This document shows positions 1 to 8,121 of a stretch of DNA of 64,000 nucleotides, piece by piece. This DNA comes from Patescibacteria group bacterium UBA926. GTDB taxonomy: Bacteria > Patescibacteriota > Doudnabacteria > UBA920. Below the pieces are notes generated by a model that was given only the letters and a program-made list of their open reading frames with translations, did not search any database and was not told the DNA's origin. The stretch covers positions 34,479 through 98,478 of the forward strand of contig DBDS01000004.1 of the NCBI GenBank assembly GCA_002293685.1, written 5' to 3'. The translations under genes were made by a program, and so were the position numbers. Within the stretch, counting starts at the first letter, position 1. Each line of letters starts with the position of its first letter.

Positions 1-189
1 AGAATCCTGTTAAAACGAATTGGTTTTGTAAAGTTGCAAGCAAGCGTGTTTATTTCCCCGTTTCCAATTTCCAAAGAGGTAGTAGAGTATTTACAGATAG
101 GTGGTTTGATTAATCATATAAGGATTTTAAGAGTAGATCAGTTGGATAATGAAACAGAATTGCTAAAAAAGTATTGTTTAAAAAAGTAG
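1..189 (+). CDS. 3' fragment of PaaX-like (PaaX_C/Cas2-fold) regulator paralog
   Basis: Open frame from the window start to TAG at 187-189. The translation ...GFVKLQASVFISPFP... shares the LGF-x-x-Q-S-(W/F)-ISP motif with the C-terminus of the ORF at 284-763. Confidence 0.35.
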   Translation, partial: RILLKRIGFVKLQASVFISPFPISKEVVEYLQIGGLINHIRILRVDQLDNETELLKKYCLKK

Positions 190-191
190 TA

Positions 192-227
192 CTACCCCGA
201 TTTGTGCGGCCGCACAAATCGGGGTAG
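192..227. repeat. 36-bp perfect palindrome CTACCCCGATTTGTGCGG|CCGCACAAATCGGGGTAG with a GCGGCCGC core
   Basis: Read directly from the sequence. An identical copy lies at 21768-21803 (42-bp perfect palindrome 21765-21806). It sits between convergent genes. Confidence 0.9.
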
Positions 228-255
228 GGGCGTGTGAGAAATTTTGAAAAATTAA

Positions 256-286
256 AGCGATGAGGTTTAGCCCATCGCTATTTTTA
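256..286. terminator. intrinsic terminator hairpin (AGCGATG-N10-CATCGCT) plus T-run, between convergent genes
   Basis: GC stem 256-279 followed by a TTTTTATT run. A T-rich run also follows the hairpin on the reverse strand. Confidence 0.55.
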
Positions 287-763
287 TTCTTTAAACATTT
301 TTTCTAAATCTTCTGTAACATTGATATCTGTAGTTTTGATTAGTCTTATAAAATAATGTTTAGCTAGTTCATTTAATTCTTCTTCGATTTCTGGTGCCAT
401 TGTGTATGGAGATATCCAAATACTATTTTGCCATTTCATGAATCCTAAAGAAACTAATTTAGCACGAATTACATTTCTAACTTGACGTTGCTTCTCGGGG
501 ATATCGAAGATCACTAATTTCCAAATTCCATCCCGTTCTTTTGCTAAAGTGTGCATTAAGATATTGGCATCAGAACTGATTTCATAGCGGTCGTTTTTTA
601 ATTTGACTACACCTTGGGTGGTGAGTCGAAACATCGTATCGTAAATTTTCTTCTTATTAGCGCGGTCTTCAAACGCTTCGTAAAGTTGATGGAGCATCTG
701 AGGCCCTTTATTATTTAAAAGAAGAAGAATGTCTTGTGAAAATTTTGCTAATGGTCGAGGCAT
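284..763 (-). CDS. PaaX-like transcriptional regulator (winged-helix N-terminus, PaaX_C/Cas2-like C-terminus)
   Basis: 159-aa ORF. The motif FDIPE...R...R..L...GF...QNSIWISP is typical of the PaaX C-terminal domain. Confidence 0.5.
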   Translation of the reverse strand: MPRPLAKFSQDILLLLNNKGPQMLHQLYEAFEDRANKKKIYDTMFRLTTQGVVKLKNDRYEISSDANILMHTLAKERDGIWKLVIFDIPEKQRQVRNVIRAKLVSLGFMKWQNSIWISPYTMAPEIEEELNELAKHYFIRLIKTTDINVTEDLEKMFKE

Positions 764-975
764 AAGTACAAATTTAAGAACGTAAATTCATCATACATTT
801 TAACTCTCTGTCTCGTCAAGTATAAAAAGTTTATATGGTTCCGAAACAGTCTTGTTAAGTTATGTAAAAAAATGTTGTATTTTGTCGTAGGCCTTGACAG
901 TAAAATGTGTTATAATAATTTCAATGAACTTTTGCAAAAACCGCAGAATTCGCTGGTAGAAATAAAGATAAACGA

Positions 976-1953
976 TTGAATACACAAACTTTAGACAATC
1001 AATTCCCACATCGAATTTCGCTGTCTCAAGCGGCGGAATTAAGTGGTTATCATCAAGATTATCTTGGTCAGCTTTGCCGTCTTGGTAAGATTAAAGCTGC
1101 GAAAATTGGAAGGAATTGGTATACCACACAAAGTGAGTTACAAAACCTTTTAAATTTCACCGATGCTATTGAAGAAGAGCGTGGTCAAACTTCTGATTTT
1201 ATGGATAGCGAAGAAGACAAAGGTCTGTTCGATTTTTCTGAACCACAAGTTTCAGATGAAAGCATTGCTATGCCTTCAATGGACGCTGTTCGTCCAGCAA
1301 CCCATGCTGAATTAGCTGAGGTGTTAATCAAACAAGCTGACGCTAGGCAAGTTGAGCCAACTACAAACTCAGTTTCCATGAACGCTATCTCGCCAACACC
1401 AGTTATTGCTGATAATTATGTAATCAGTGAAGTCTCCGGAATTCCAATCAAACTCAGGGCAGATGTTGCATCAAGACAGCATCATACCATTCAGACCTTA
1501 ATTACAAAAATGAAACTTGATGCATTGCGGGGCGAAGTCCTTCAGTTATCAGATTTTATGCAAGGCGTCTCTAACGAACTTTCTGAGGTAAAGCAAATTG
1601 TTGCTCGTCACGAAGAAATTCTAAAGCATAAAAAAGATTTGGCAACAGCTTATGCAGCAAGCATTGATGTCGCTCCAAAGCTCGAGCAAGAAAAAATGAT
1701 TCTCACTTTATCAGATGACAGAGAAGAGCCAGTTCAATCTGTAATTACTGTATGGTATGCACCTGCAGTAGCATTGGCCATCGTGGTTATTGCAACCGGT
1801 TGGTTGTTATTGAGTAATCTACCAGGTACCGGTCCTCAAACCAATACTTTGGTTTATCCGGTTAATAATAGTGTAGGTCAAGTAGCGGGTGAGCAAGACT
1901 CAAACTTACCAGTTGAACAGCAGATTATTTTAAATTCAGAAATCCAGCCATAA
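976..1953 (+). CDS. hypothetical protein with N-terminal HTH (excisionase/MerR-like) and a C-terminal transmembrane helix
   Basis: TTG start. The N-terminus SLSQAAELSGYHQDYLGQLCRLGKIKAAKIGRNWY looks like a helix-turn-helix. A hydrophobic helix VWYAPAVALAIVVIATGWLLL lies near the C-terminus. Confidence 0.45.
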   Translation: MNTQTLDNQFPHRISLSQAAELSGYHQDYLGQLCRLGKIKAAKIGRNWYTTQSELQNLLNFTDAIEEERGQTSDFMDSEEDKGLFDFSEPQVSDESIAMPSMDAVRPATHAELAEVLIKQADARQVEPTTNSVSMNAISPTPVIADNYVISEVSGIPIKLRADVASRQHHTIQTLITKMKLDALRGEVLQLSDFMQGVSNELSEVKQIVARHEEILKHKKDLATAYAASIDVAPKLEQEKMILTLSDDREEPVQSVITVWYAPAVALAIVVIATGWLLLSNLPGTGPQTNTLVYPVNNSVGQVAGEQDSNLPVEQQIILNSEIQP

Positions 1954-2492
1954 TGAACAAGTTATTAAAAATTATTTTTGTCTTCGCGATTGTTTTTGGA
2001 ACAATAGGAGTTCAAAATGGAACAGTCGAAGATGTTTTCGTAGATACAACTAAACATACACCAACTACTAATCGAACAGAATTGGCTGTTGCAACAGTAG
2101 AATCAACATCTGATATTGTAGTATCAAGCTCTCCTAATAGTTGTATTTTTTCCGATTCATTTTCTCACAGACTAGATTTGTTACTCTGGAAGCCGTGTAA
2201 TTTTGATTTACAAATCGTTCAACTTGAAACACCGGAACTTATAGTAATCGATGATCCAAATCCAGATGTAACGGTTAGTGTAGCTAATCCTGCGGCAGTA
2301 AAGTTTGCTAAGCACTCAGAAATTAGCCCAAGCTATTCTATCAAGCATTTGGCTTACCAGAGCGGTCTAGTAAATGAATTAATTCAATACCAATTTAGCC
2401 ACTCAAGGCAAGAAAACCATTCAGCACTCAGCCCAGATATAATTAAGCAAAGCATGGACAATAGTCAGGCCTCTATAGTACTATTGTGCTAG
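1953..2492 (+). CDS. hypothetical secreted/membrane protein
   Basis: 179-aa ORF with an N-terminal hydrophobic segment. It overlaps the upstream stop codon (translationally coupled). Confidence 0.4.
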   Translation: MNKLLKIIFVFAIVFGTIGVQNGTVEDVFVDTTKHTPTTNRTELAVATVESTSDIVVSSSPNSCIFSDSFSHRLDLLLWKPCNFDLQIVQLETPELIVIDDPNPDVTVSVANPAAVKFAKHSEISPSYSIKHLAYQSGLVNELIQYQFSHSRQENHSALSPDIIKQSMDNSQASIVLLC

Positions 2493-2540
2493 ACTGAAAA
2501 TCAGTCACTCAATGTTTAATTAATTAATAAAAATAATCTT

Positions 2541-3191
2541 ATGTCAGAAGAAATTCGAGTTGGCCGTCCTCCAGAACGCGTCGAAGGTATGGGTATGAAC
2601 ATGTCATCACGAGCTCCACAAGGTGGACGCAACAACATGCCATGGATCATCCTAGCAGTTGTAGTTCTATTATTAGTTGTTGGTGCAGTATTGTTCCGAG
2701 ACAAATTATTTACTGGTCAGAGTGGTGACACAGCACAGCAAGTAGAAGAAAAGTTATCAGGATATCAAGCAGTTTTCCTTTCAAATGGTCAGGTATATTT
2801 TGGTAAACTTTCGGATGTGACCGCAAGCTATTCTACTTTAGTAGATATTTATTATCTTCAGGTAACACAACCTCCTTTGCAAGGATCACAGCAAGAAGAC
2901 CAGGTTTCACAACAACAGCAACCACAACTTTCTTTGGTTAAATTAGGGCAAGAATTGCACGGTCCAGTTGATGAAATGAAAATTAATCGTGAACACATTT
3001 TGTTTTACGAAGATCTTAAAGAAGATGGTCGTGTAGTACAAGCTATTCGTGACTATCAAGCTAATCCAAATGCTGGAACTCAACAGCAACAAGCACCAGC
3101 TGGACAACAGCAGGCACCAGCGGGTCAGCAACAAGCACCAGCGGGTCAGCAACAAGCACCAGCTGGACAACAGCTACAACAGAATCAATAA
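2541..3191 (+). CDS. hypothetical single-pass membrane protein with C-terminal (QQQAPAG)x4 repeat
   Basis: 216-aa ORF with a transmembrane helix WIILAVVVLLLVVGAVLF. The C-terminus is Q/P-rich and is encoded by a 21-bp tandem repeat. Confidence 0.5.
   Translation: MSEEIRVGRPPERVEGMGMNMSSRAPQGGRNNMPWIILAVVVLLLVVGAVLFRDKLFTGQSGDTAQQVEEKLSGYQAVFLSNGQVYFGKLSDVTASYSTLVDIYYLQVTQPPLQGSQQEDQVSQQQQPQLSLVKLGQELHGPVDEMKINREHILFYEDLKEDGRVVQAIRDYQANPNAGTQQQQAPAGQQQAPAGQQQAPAGQQQAPAGQQLQQNQ
3081..3164 (+). repeat. 21-bp tandem repeat (about 4 units) encoding QQQAPAG
   Basis: The unit cagcaacaagcaccagcgggt and its variants are repeated head to tail inside the ORF. Confidence 0.85.
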
Positions 3192-3206
3192 TCCTAAGTT
3201 AAATCA

Positions 3207-3236
3207 AAACTCCCTCACTTCGAGGGAGTTTTTTTG
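3207..3236 (+). terminator. intrinsic terminator AAACTCCCTC-ACTTC-GAGGGAGTTT plus T7
   Basis: Perfect GC-containing stem followed by TTTTTTT, just after the stop of the ORF at 2541-3191. Confidence 0.85.
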
Positions 3237-3244
3237 ATAAATTT

Positions 3245-3268
3245 TAAACCCGCATGATGCGGGTTTAA
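3245..3268 (-). terminator. hairpin AAACCCGCAT-GATGCGGGTTT downstream of rplT
   Basis: Perfect stem. The flanking T-run is weak in both directions. Confidence 0.5.
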
Positions 3269-3269
3269 A

Positions 3270-3617
3270 TTATTTGGAAAGATCTTTTACCATTTTATCG
3301 AAACCGGTTGGGGCTTTGATAGCCATCTCGGACAACATTTTTCGATTAACAGTAATGCCCTCAGTTTTTAGGACAGCTGCGAATTTGCTCCAAGTGGTGC
3401 CGTTTTCGCGAAGAGCTGCTCCCAAGCGCACTAGCCAAAGTGCTCGTTGATCACGCTTTTTGTTGCGTCGATCGCGGTAAGCGTAAGTTTCAGCTTTGAG
3501 TAAAGCTTCTTTAGCTTGGCGAAGGTTGGTAGAACGGCGGTTATCAAAACCTTTCGTTCGCTTTAATACATTTTTACGGCGCTTATTTCCGGAAACGCCT
3601 CGTTTGATTCTTGTCAT
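3270..3617 (-). CDS. rplT: 50S ribosomal protein L20
   Basis: 115-aa protein MTRIKRGVSGNKRRKNVLKRTKGF...RDRRNKKRDQRALWLVRLGAA, the conserved L20 sequence. Confidence 0.95.
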   Translation of the reverse strand: MTRIKRGVSGNKRRKNVLKRTKGFDNRRSTNLRQAKEALLKAETYAYRDRRNKKRDQRALWLVRLGAALRENGTTWSKFAAVLKTEGITVNRKMLSEMAIKAPTGFDKMVKDLSK

Positions 3618-3637
3618 ATATAGATAGTTAGATTAGT

Positions 3638-3673
3638 TGTCATCCTGAGTCCGCCAAAGGCGGACGAAGGATC
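3638..3673. repeat. GC-rich palindromic mini-element copy E1 (TGTCATCCTGAG-TCCGCCAAAGGCGGA-CGAAGGATC)
   Basis: TGTCATCC terminus with an internal perfect palindrome, set in AT-rich intergenic DNA between rplT and rpmI. Confidence 0.8.
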
Positions 3674-3737
3674 TAGGTTAAAGTCATGGGTTTAGAGATC
3701 CCTCGATAAGCTCTGGATAAAATTTGCTTTGCAAATT

Positions 3738-3932
3738 TTACTTGTGAACAATAAGAGCTTTGATACGGTTGTTAGCAGGGCTAAGTTTAGAATCACGGCG
3801 CTTATTTTTAACGACTTTACCGGTTTCTCTTGTGTTGAAATGATCTTGTCCGCTTGTGCGATGCATGATCTTACCAGTTTTGGTCTTGCGGAAGCGCTTG
3901 GCGGTTCCTTGATGAGTTTTTAATTTGGGCAT
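3738..3932 (-). CDS. rpmI: 50S ribosomal protein L35
   Basis: 64-aa protein MPKLKTHQGTAKRFRKTKTGKIMHR..., the conserved L35 sequence. Confidence 0.95.
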   Translation of the reverse strand: MPKLKTHQGTAKRFRKTKTGKIMHRTSGQDHFNTRETGKVVKNKRRDSKLSPANNRIKALIVHK

Positions 3933-3940
3933 AGTATTGT

Positions 3941-4008
3941 TGTCATCCCAATAGAATTAGGATTTGGTTTAATGAAAGATGGATCCCGGGTCGAGCCCGG
4001 GATGACAA
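3941..4008. repeat. GC-rich palindromic mini-element copy E2 with termini TGTCATCCC / GGGATGACA
   Basis: TGTCATCCC at 3941-3949 and GGGATGACAA at 4001-4008. An internal GGATCCCGGGTCGAGCCCGGGAT palindrome is present. Confidence 0.85.
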
Positions 4009-4024
4009 TTTGCTGCGCAAATTA

Positions 4025-4606
4025 TCACTTAGTAGGGGCGATGGTCATGCCGATTGTGTTTCCAGCTTTCTTCGGCGGTACTTCAATCCGATAGGGGGCG
4101 GTTAAAGCTGCTTTGAAAGATTCCAGTTGCTGATGAGCAACATCGAGGAACGCTTGTTCGCGACCACGCATTCTTAGTTCCAGTTTAACCCAATCGCCGT
4201 CCAATAGGAATTCGTCGGCGCGCTTTGCTTTTGTAGCAATATCGTGGGCAGCAATTTTAGCACTTAAGCGAATCGTTTTGACTTCAACTTTCTTTACGCG
4301 CTTCTTTTGTTGCTGTTCCATTTTCTTTTGCTGATACCTGAACTTGTCGAAACTAATGATTTTGACAACAGGAGGCTTAGCCTGCGGAGATACTTCTACG
4401 AGGTCTAGTCCATGCTCTTCAGCTAAAGCAATAGCTTCTTTGATTGGCAAAATGCCCAATTGTTCACCTACATCATTGAGTAGTCGAACTTCTGGTGCAG
4501 TTATTTGCCGATTGATTCGGGTTTTTTGCAAAGTCTTTTCTAATAAATTTACCTGTAACTGAGCTAAATTATAGCTTTTCTTTAAGATTTTGTCAAAGAA
4601 GGTCAA
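4025..4606 (-). CDS. infC: translation initiation factor IF-3 (true start probably internal or non-AUG)
   Basis: Contains ITAPEVRLLNDVGEQLGI...LDLVEVSPQAKPPVVKIISFDKFRYQQKK. infC-rpmI-rplT gene order is conserved. The N-terminal ~30 aa of the called ORF are probably not translated. Confidence 0.9.
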   Translation of the reverse strand: MTFFDKILKKSYNLAQLQVNLLEKTLQKTRINRQITAPEVRLLNDVGEQLGILPIKEAIALAEEHGLDLVEVSPQAKPPVVKIISFDKFRYQQKKMEQQQKKRVKKVEVKTIRLSAKIAAHDIATKAKRADEFLLDGDWVKLELRMRGREQAFLDVAHQQLESFKAALTAPYRIEVPPKKAGNTIGMTIAPTK

Positions 4607-4646
4607 AATGTGAGATAATATAGTAAAGAAATTCTAAAGAAACAAA

Positions 4647-6011
4647 ATGAAACCAAAAGACATAGTGACTCAAGTTGCAGAAGCCCCTGCGAAAGCTTTG
4701 GAGACAGCTGTTTTGGAAAGTCAGCACGCACTTCGGAGTATTAATAAACCTTGGCGTGAAGCAGAGGATTATTGGTATGCTCTGGGCCCAGGATTAACCA
4801 CTGGAGCATCGGATGACGATCCTTCTGGTATTGCCACTTATTCTCAGGCCGGAGCTTTGTACGGTTTTACTTTGCTTTGGATGGCGCCCTTAACTTTTCC
4901 GTTGATGTCGGTTGTTCAAGAGATGTGCGCTCGCATTGGCTTGGCAACCGGCCGTGGTTTGGCGAGTAATATTCGTGAACGATACTCAGTAAAAGTTTTG
5001 TATGCGCTTACTGCAATATTATTTTTCACAAATGTGATTAATATCGGAGCTGATTTAGGTGCGATGGCCGCGGCTGGCCAAATGCTGTTTCCAGCTTTTA
5101 ATTTTTATACTTTCTTAGGAATATTCACCGTGGTCAGTTTGGGTCTGCAAATTTTTATTACGTATTCTCAGTACGCTCGGTTTTTAAAGTATCTTACTTT
5201 AGTTTTGTTTTTGTATATCATCACCGCGCTGACTTTAGATAATTTACCGTGGCGAGAGATTTGGCAGAATACGATTTGGCCAAATATTACTTGGTCTAAG
5301 GGAACGATTATTATGATTTGTGCGATTCTTGGTACAACGATTTCACCGTATCTGTTTTTTTGGCAGACTGCCCAAGAAGTTGAGTCCAGAAGAGAAGAAG
5401 GCCGAATTAATCCAAAACTCAGACATCAACTTGTAACCAAACGAGAAGTTAGGCGAATGCGTTTTGATGTAATCGCAGGAATGTTCATTTCAAATTTAGT
5501 GATGTTTTTTATCATCGTGACATGTGGAGCGGTTTTATTCCCAGCTGGAATTGAAATTGAAACTGCCGAGCAGGCTGCGTTAGCATTGCAACCATTAGCG
5601 GGTGATCAAGCATATATTTTATTCGCCCTGGGAATTATTGGAACTGGTTTACTGGCGATTCCGGTTTTGGCAGGTAGTGCAGCGTATGCGTTAGCCGAAA
5701 CTTTCAAATGGTCTTCTGGTTTAAATAAAGGACTTAGTCACGCGCGTGCTTTCTACGGCGTGATAATTATCGGAATGTTCCTCGGTCTGGGTATCAACTT
5801 CCTCGGAATAAATCCCATTAAGGCATTAATTTATTCAGCTGTTTTAAATGGAATTACAGCACCAATTATTTTGTACTTCATTGTTAAGCTTAGTAGCGAT
5901 AAAGATTTGATGGGCAAATGGGTTAGTGGCAAGTTTGCGAAATCGGTTGGTTATTCGGTGATTGTGTTAATGACTGTGGCCGCAATTGGCGCTATCATCG
6001 CTTTCTTTTAG
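4647..6011 (+). CDS. NRAMP-family divalent metal cation transporter
   Basis: 454-aa polytopic membrane protein. The motif GPGLTTGASDDDPSGIATYSQAGA is typical of NRAMP/MntH-related transporters. Confidence 0.7.
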   Translation: MKPKDIVTQVAEAPAKALETAVLESQHALRSINKPWREAEDYWYALGPGLTTGASDDDPSGIATYSQAGALYGFTLLWMAPLTFPLMSVVQEMCARIGLATGRGLASNIRERYSVKVLYALTAILFFTNVINIGADLGAMAAAGQMLFPAFNFYTFLGIFTVVSLGLQIFITYSQYARFLKYLTLVLFLYIITALTLDNLPWREIWQNTIWPNITWSKGTIIMICAILGTTISPYLFFWQTAQEVESRREEGRINPKLRHQLVTKREVRRMRFDVIAGMFISNLVMFFIIVTCGAVLFPAGIEIETAEQAALALQPLAGDQAYILFALGIIGTGLLAIPVLAGSAAYALAETFKWSSGLNKGLSHARAFYGVIIIGMFLGLGINFLGINPIKALIYSAVLNGITAPIILYFIVKLSSDKDLMGKWVSGKFAKSVGYSVIVLMTVAAIGAIIAFF

Positions 6012-6066
6012 TTTTGACTTTTTTTTAGCTCAGCGGTAATATTTTCTTATCACACAGGAGGTAAAT

Positions 6067-6453
6067 ATGACTATTGCTCAAGAGTTTGAAGCTATGGGGA
6101 ATGCTGCTTCAGTATTTCGAGACATTACAGCACATCTAGAAAGATTTTTTCTTAGGGCTGGGAATAACCAATCGTTTTGGAACTACCCCATCGAAATTGT
6201 TTTTGATGACCCGCTTCAACTGAAGTTAAACCTACTCACTTCAGATGAACAAGACTATCTTGATAACATTTTAGAAGCAGTGGGTGAAAAGAGGGGAAAG
6301 AGTTTGGTGTTACATTTTCGGGGCAACTCCGACTGGTATTTAGAAATAACACCAATCTTTCCAGATAATAATCTCGATGATGGTGATGACGACACTTCCC
6401 CTAAACCATCTTTTGAAAAACCGGCACTTGTAATGGCGGCCGGCGCAAGATAG
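6067..6453 (+). CDS. hypothetical protein
   Basis: 128-aa ORF with a strong RBS AGGAGGTAAATATG. No recognisable motif. Confidence 0.45.
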   Translation: MTIAQEFEAMGNAASVFRDITAHLERFFLRAGNNQSFWNYPIEIVFDDPLQLKLNLLTSDEQDYLDNILEAVGEKRGKSLVLHFRGNSDWYLEITPIFPDNNLDDGDDDTSPKPSFEKPALVMAAGAR

Positions 6454-6458
6454 AAATA

Positions 6459-6489
6459 ACCCAACGCTTCCACGTTGGGTATCTTTTTT
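6459..6489 (+). terminator. intrinsic terminator ACCCAACG-CTTCCA-CGTTGGGT plus TCTTTTTT
   Basis: Perfect 8-bp stem plus T-run immediately after the stop at 6453. Confidence 0.8.
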
Positions 6490-6525
6490 GATGTTTCTCT
6501 TGGCGAGTAGGCGATCTTGAATGTA

Positions 6526-7554
6526 TTAATTTAAATTTGCATTAAAAAAATCAATTGTTCTTTGCATTACTGTGCCCCAATCAGGTCCGAACTCGTGACC
6601 TTCACCGGGGTATTGATGAAATACAACTTCTTTATTTGCGGCGAGGAGTGCGTTGTAGGTATCTTGGCTCCACTCAATCGGCACATCGGCGTCATTTGTT
6701 CCATGATTAATCATAATTGGAGCTGTAACTTTATCCAAAAAATTTATTGGTGACATATTATCCCAAAATTCGGGATTCGATTCTGGACTGCCGTGAGTAG
6801 CGGCGATTTGGGCAACTGCCTCGGGTCGGCTCTTTGTCCATCTATAATAACTCTCGCGAACATCCGTGGAGACCGCGGCATAGAGCATGTACGCTTGTAC
6901 TAAATCAGGCTGCGTGACCATAATTGTTTGCGCTATTCCACCACCCATTGAGTGACCAATCATCGCAATCCGATTGGTGTCAGCGTAGGGGAGGTTGGCG
7001 GCTTTTAGTGCATAAATAGAATTGATAACATCTTCAGCGTAACCTAGGCGAATGTTCTGCTCAACGTTGGGATCATTGTCTGATTGCGCGTGATTGCGGT
7101 AATCAGGGTGAATCACAATGTAACCGCGATTGGCAAAGTAATCTTGTTCGCGGCGAAGCCCGCGACCGTTTGTGTAAATCGCAGGATCAATGTAGCCGTG
7201 GTTCATTATTACAACAGGGAATGGACCGTCGCCCCTAGGCACATTCATGATTCCAGAAATTGTGAGTTCACCACTTTTGTATGTGATGAAATAGCGAGTG
7301 TAGTTAGCTGACTGGGACTGAACATCTCCAAGAACTAAATCTCGGCCGTCAAATTGTTTTTGCGAGAACGCTTGCAGTGAAACTGGGTAGACTTCTTCAG
7401 TGGAAGTTTCCTGCTCTTTGGTGGTTGAAGATGTGCTCGGAGCAGAATCCGTATTTGGATTACAACCAATCATTAGCAGAGTAGTGGTAAAAACTAAGAT
7501 AAATATATTTTTCATACTATAAATATAACATGGAATTGCGCTTATCTGTTTCAA
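6526..7554 (-). CDS. alpha/beta hydrolase (S9 peptidase/esterase-like) lipoprotein
   Basis: 342-aa ORF with a GHSMGGG nucleophile-elbow motif. The signal peptide carries a lipobox (LLMIGC). Confidence 0.75.
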   Translation of the reverse strand: MKQISAIPCYIYSMKNIFILVFTTTLLMIGCNPNTDSAPSTSSTTKEQETSTEEVYPVSLQAFSQKQFDGRDLVLGDVQSQSANYTRYFITYKSGELTISGIMNVPRGDGPFPVVIMNHGYIDPAIYTNGRGLRREQDYFANRGYIVIHPDYRNHAQSDNDPNVEQNIRLGYAEDVINSIYALKAANLPYADTNRIAMIGHSMGGGIAQTIMVTQPDLVQAYMLYAAVSTDVRESYYRWTKSRPEAVAQIAATHGSPESNPEFWDNMSPINFLDKVTAPIMINHGTNDADVPIEWSQDTYNALLAANKEVVFHQYPGEGHEFGPDWGTVMQRTIDFFNANLN

Positions 7555-7570
7555 CGAAAAAATCCCAATA

Positions 7571-7693
7571 TGTCATCCCCGCCGCTAGATATTTCCTATG
7601 TCATCCCCGCGAAGGCGGGGATCCATTAGGGCACTTATAGATTCCGGATTTCCCGCGTTCACCTTCGGTGAACTTGTAGAATCCGGAATGACG
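7571..7693. repeat. composite GC-rich palindromic element E3 (two TGTCATCCCC starts, ATCCCCGCGAAGGCGGGGAT palindrome, GTTCACC-TTC-GGTGAAC palindrome, end CCGGAATGAC)
   Basis: Read directly from the sequence. It lies between the hydrolase start and the csp terminator. Confidence 0.8.
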
Positions 7694-7699
7694 TAGCCA

Positions 7700-7727
7700 A
7701 CAAAAAAACAGCCCGGTTGAGCTGTTT
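7700..7727 (-). terminator. intrinsic terminator for the csp gene (AAACAGC-TCAACCGGG-GCTGTTT plus T7 on the minus strand)
   Basis: The stem at 7707-7727 is followed on the reverse strand by TTTTTTT (CAAAAAAA on the plus strand). Confidence 0.85.
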
Positions 7728-7735
7728 AATTTTGA

Positions 7736-7933
7736 CTAAACGCGTTGGACGTTAGTCGCGTTCTTTCCTTTAGGGGAATCCTCTTCTTCGAAAGTAACGT
7801 TGTCACCTTCTTGAATTTCGTCAAAGGTAACTCCAACGAGAGAATTGCTATGGAAGAACAGGTCTTTGTCAGAACCTTCAGGGGAGATGAATCCAAATCC
7901 CTTGTCGGTCTTTTTCTTTACTACACCGTTCAT
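7736..7933 (-). CDS. cspA: cold-shock protein, CspA family
   Basis: 65-aa protein MNGVVKKKTDKGFGFISPEGSDKDLFFH, carrying the RNP1/RNP2 motifs. Confidence 0.9.
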   Translation of the reverse strand: MNGVVKKKTDKGFGFISPEGSDKDLFFHSNSLVGVTFDEIQEGDNVTFEEEDSPKGKNATNVQRV

Positions 7934-8121
7934 GATTGCAAACTTATTGATAAAGCAAATTTATAGATTTTAGAACTTGCTTTACGCAACTGTTCTAGAT
8001 GGAGCTCGACGATTTTTCCTAAAGATAAACTTGATAACCTAAGTATGGCATGTCTGATGGATTTTGTCCAGTGTGTTAATGGGAAATAGGGTTAGGAGGG
8101 AGAGGAAATAAATAGATTCTA

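Noticed and set aside
1185-1379. ORF 1185-1379 (-), ORF 4344-4562 (+), ORF 6562-6753 (+) and similar small antisense ORFs
   Set aside because: They are fully embedded antisense to longer, well-supported genes. They have no RBS.
2943-3237. ORFs 2943-3170 (-) and 3049-3237 (+) with repetitive translations
   Set aside because: They are alternative-frame read-throughs of the 21-bp tandem repeat inside the real ORF 2541-3191.
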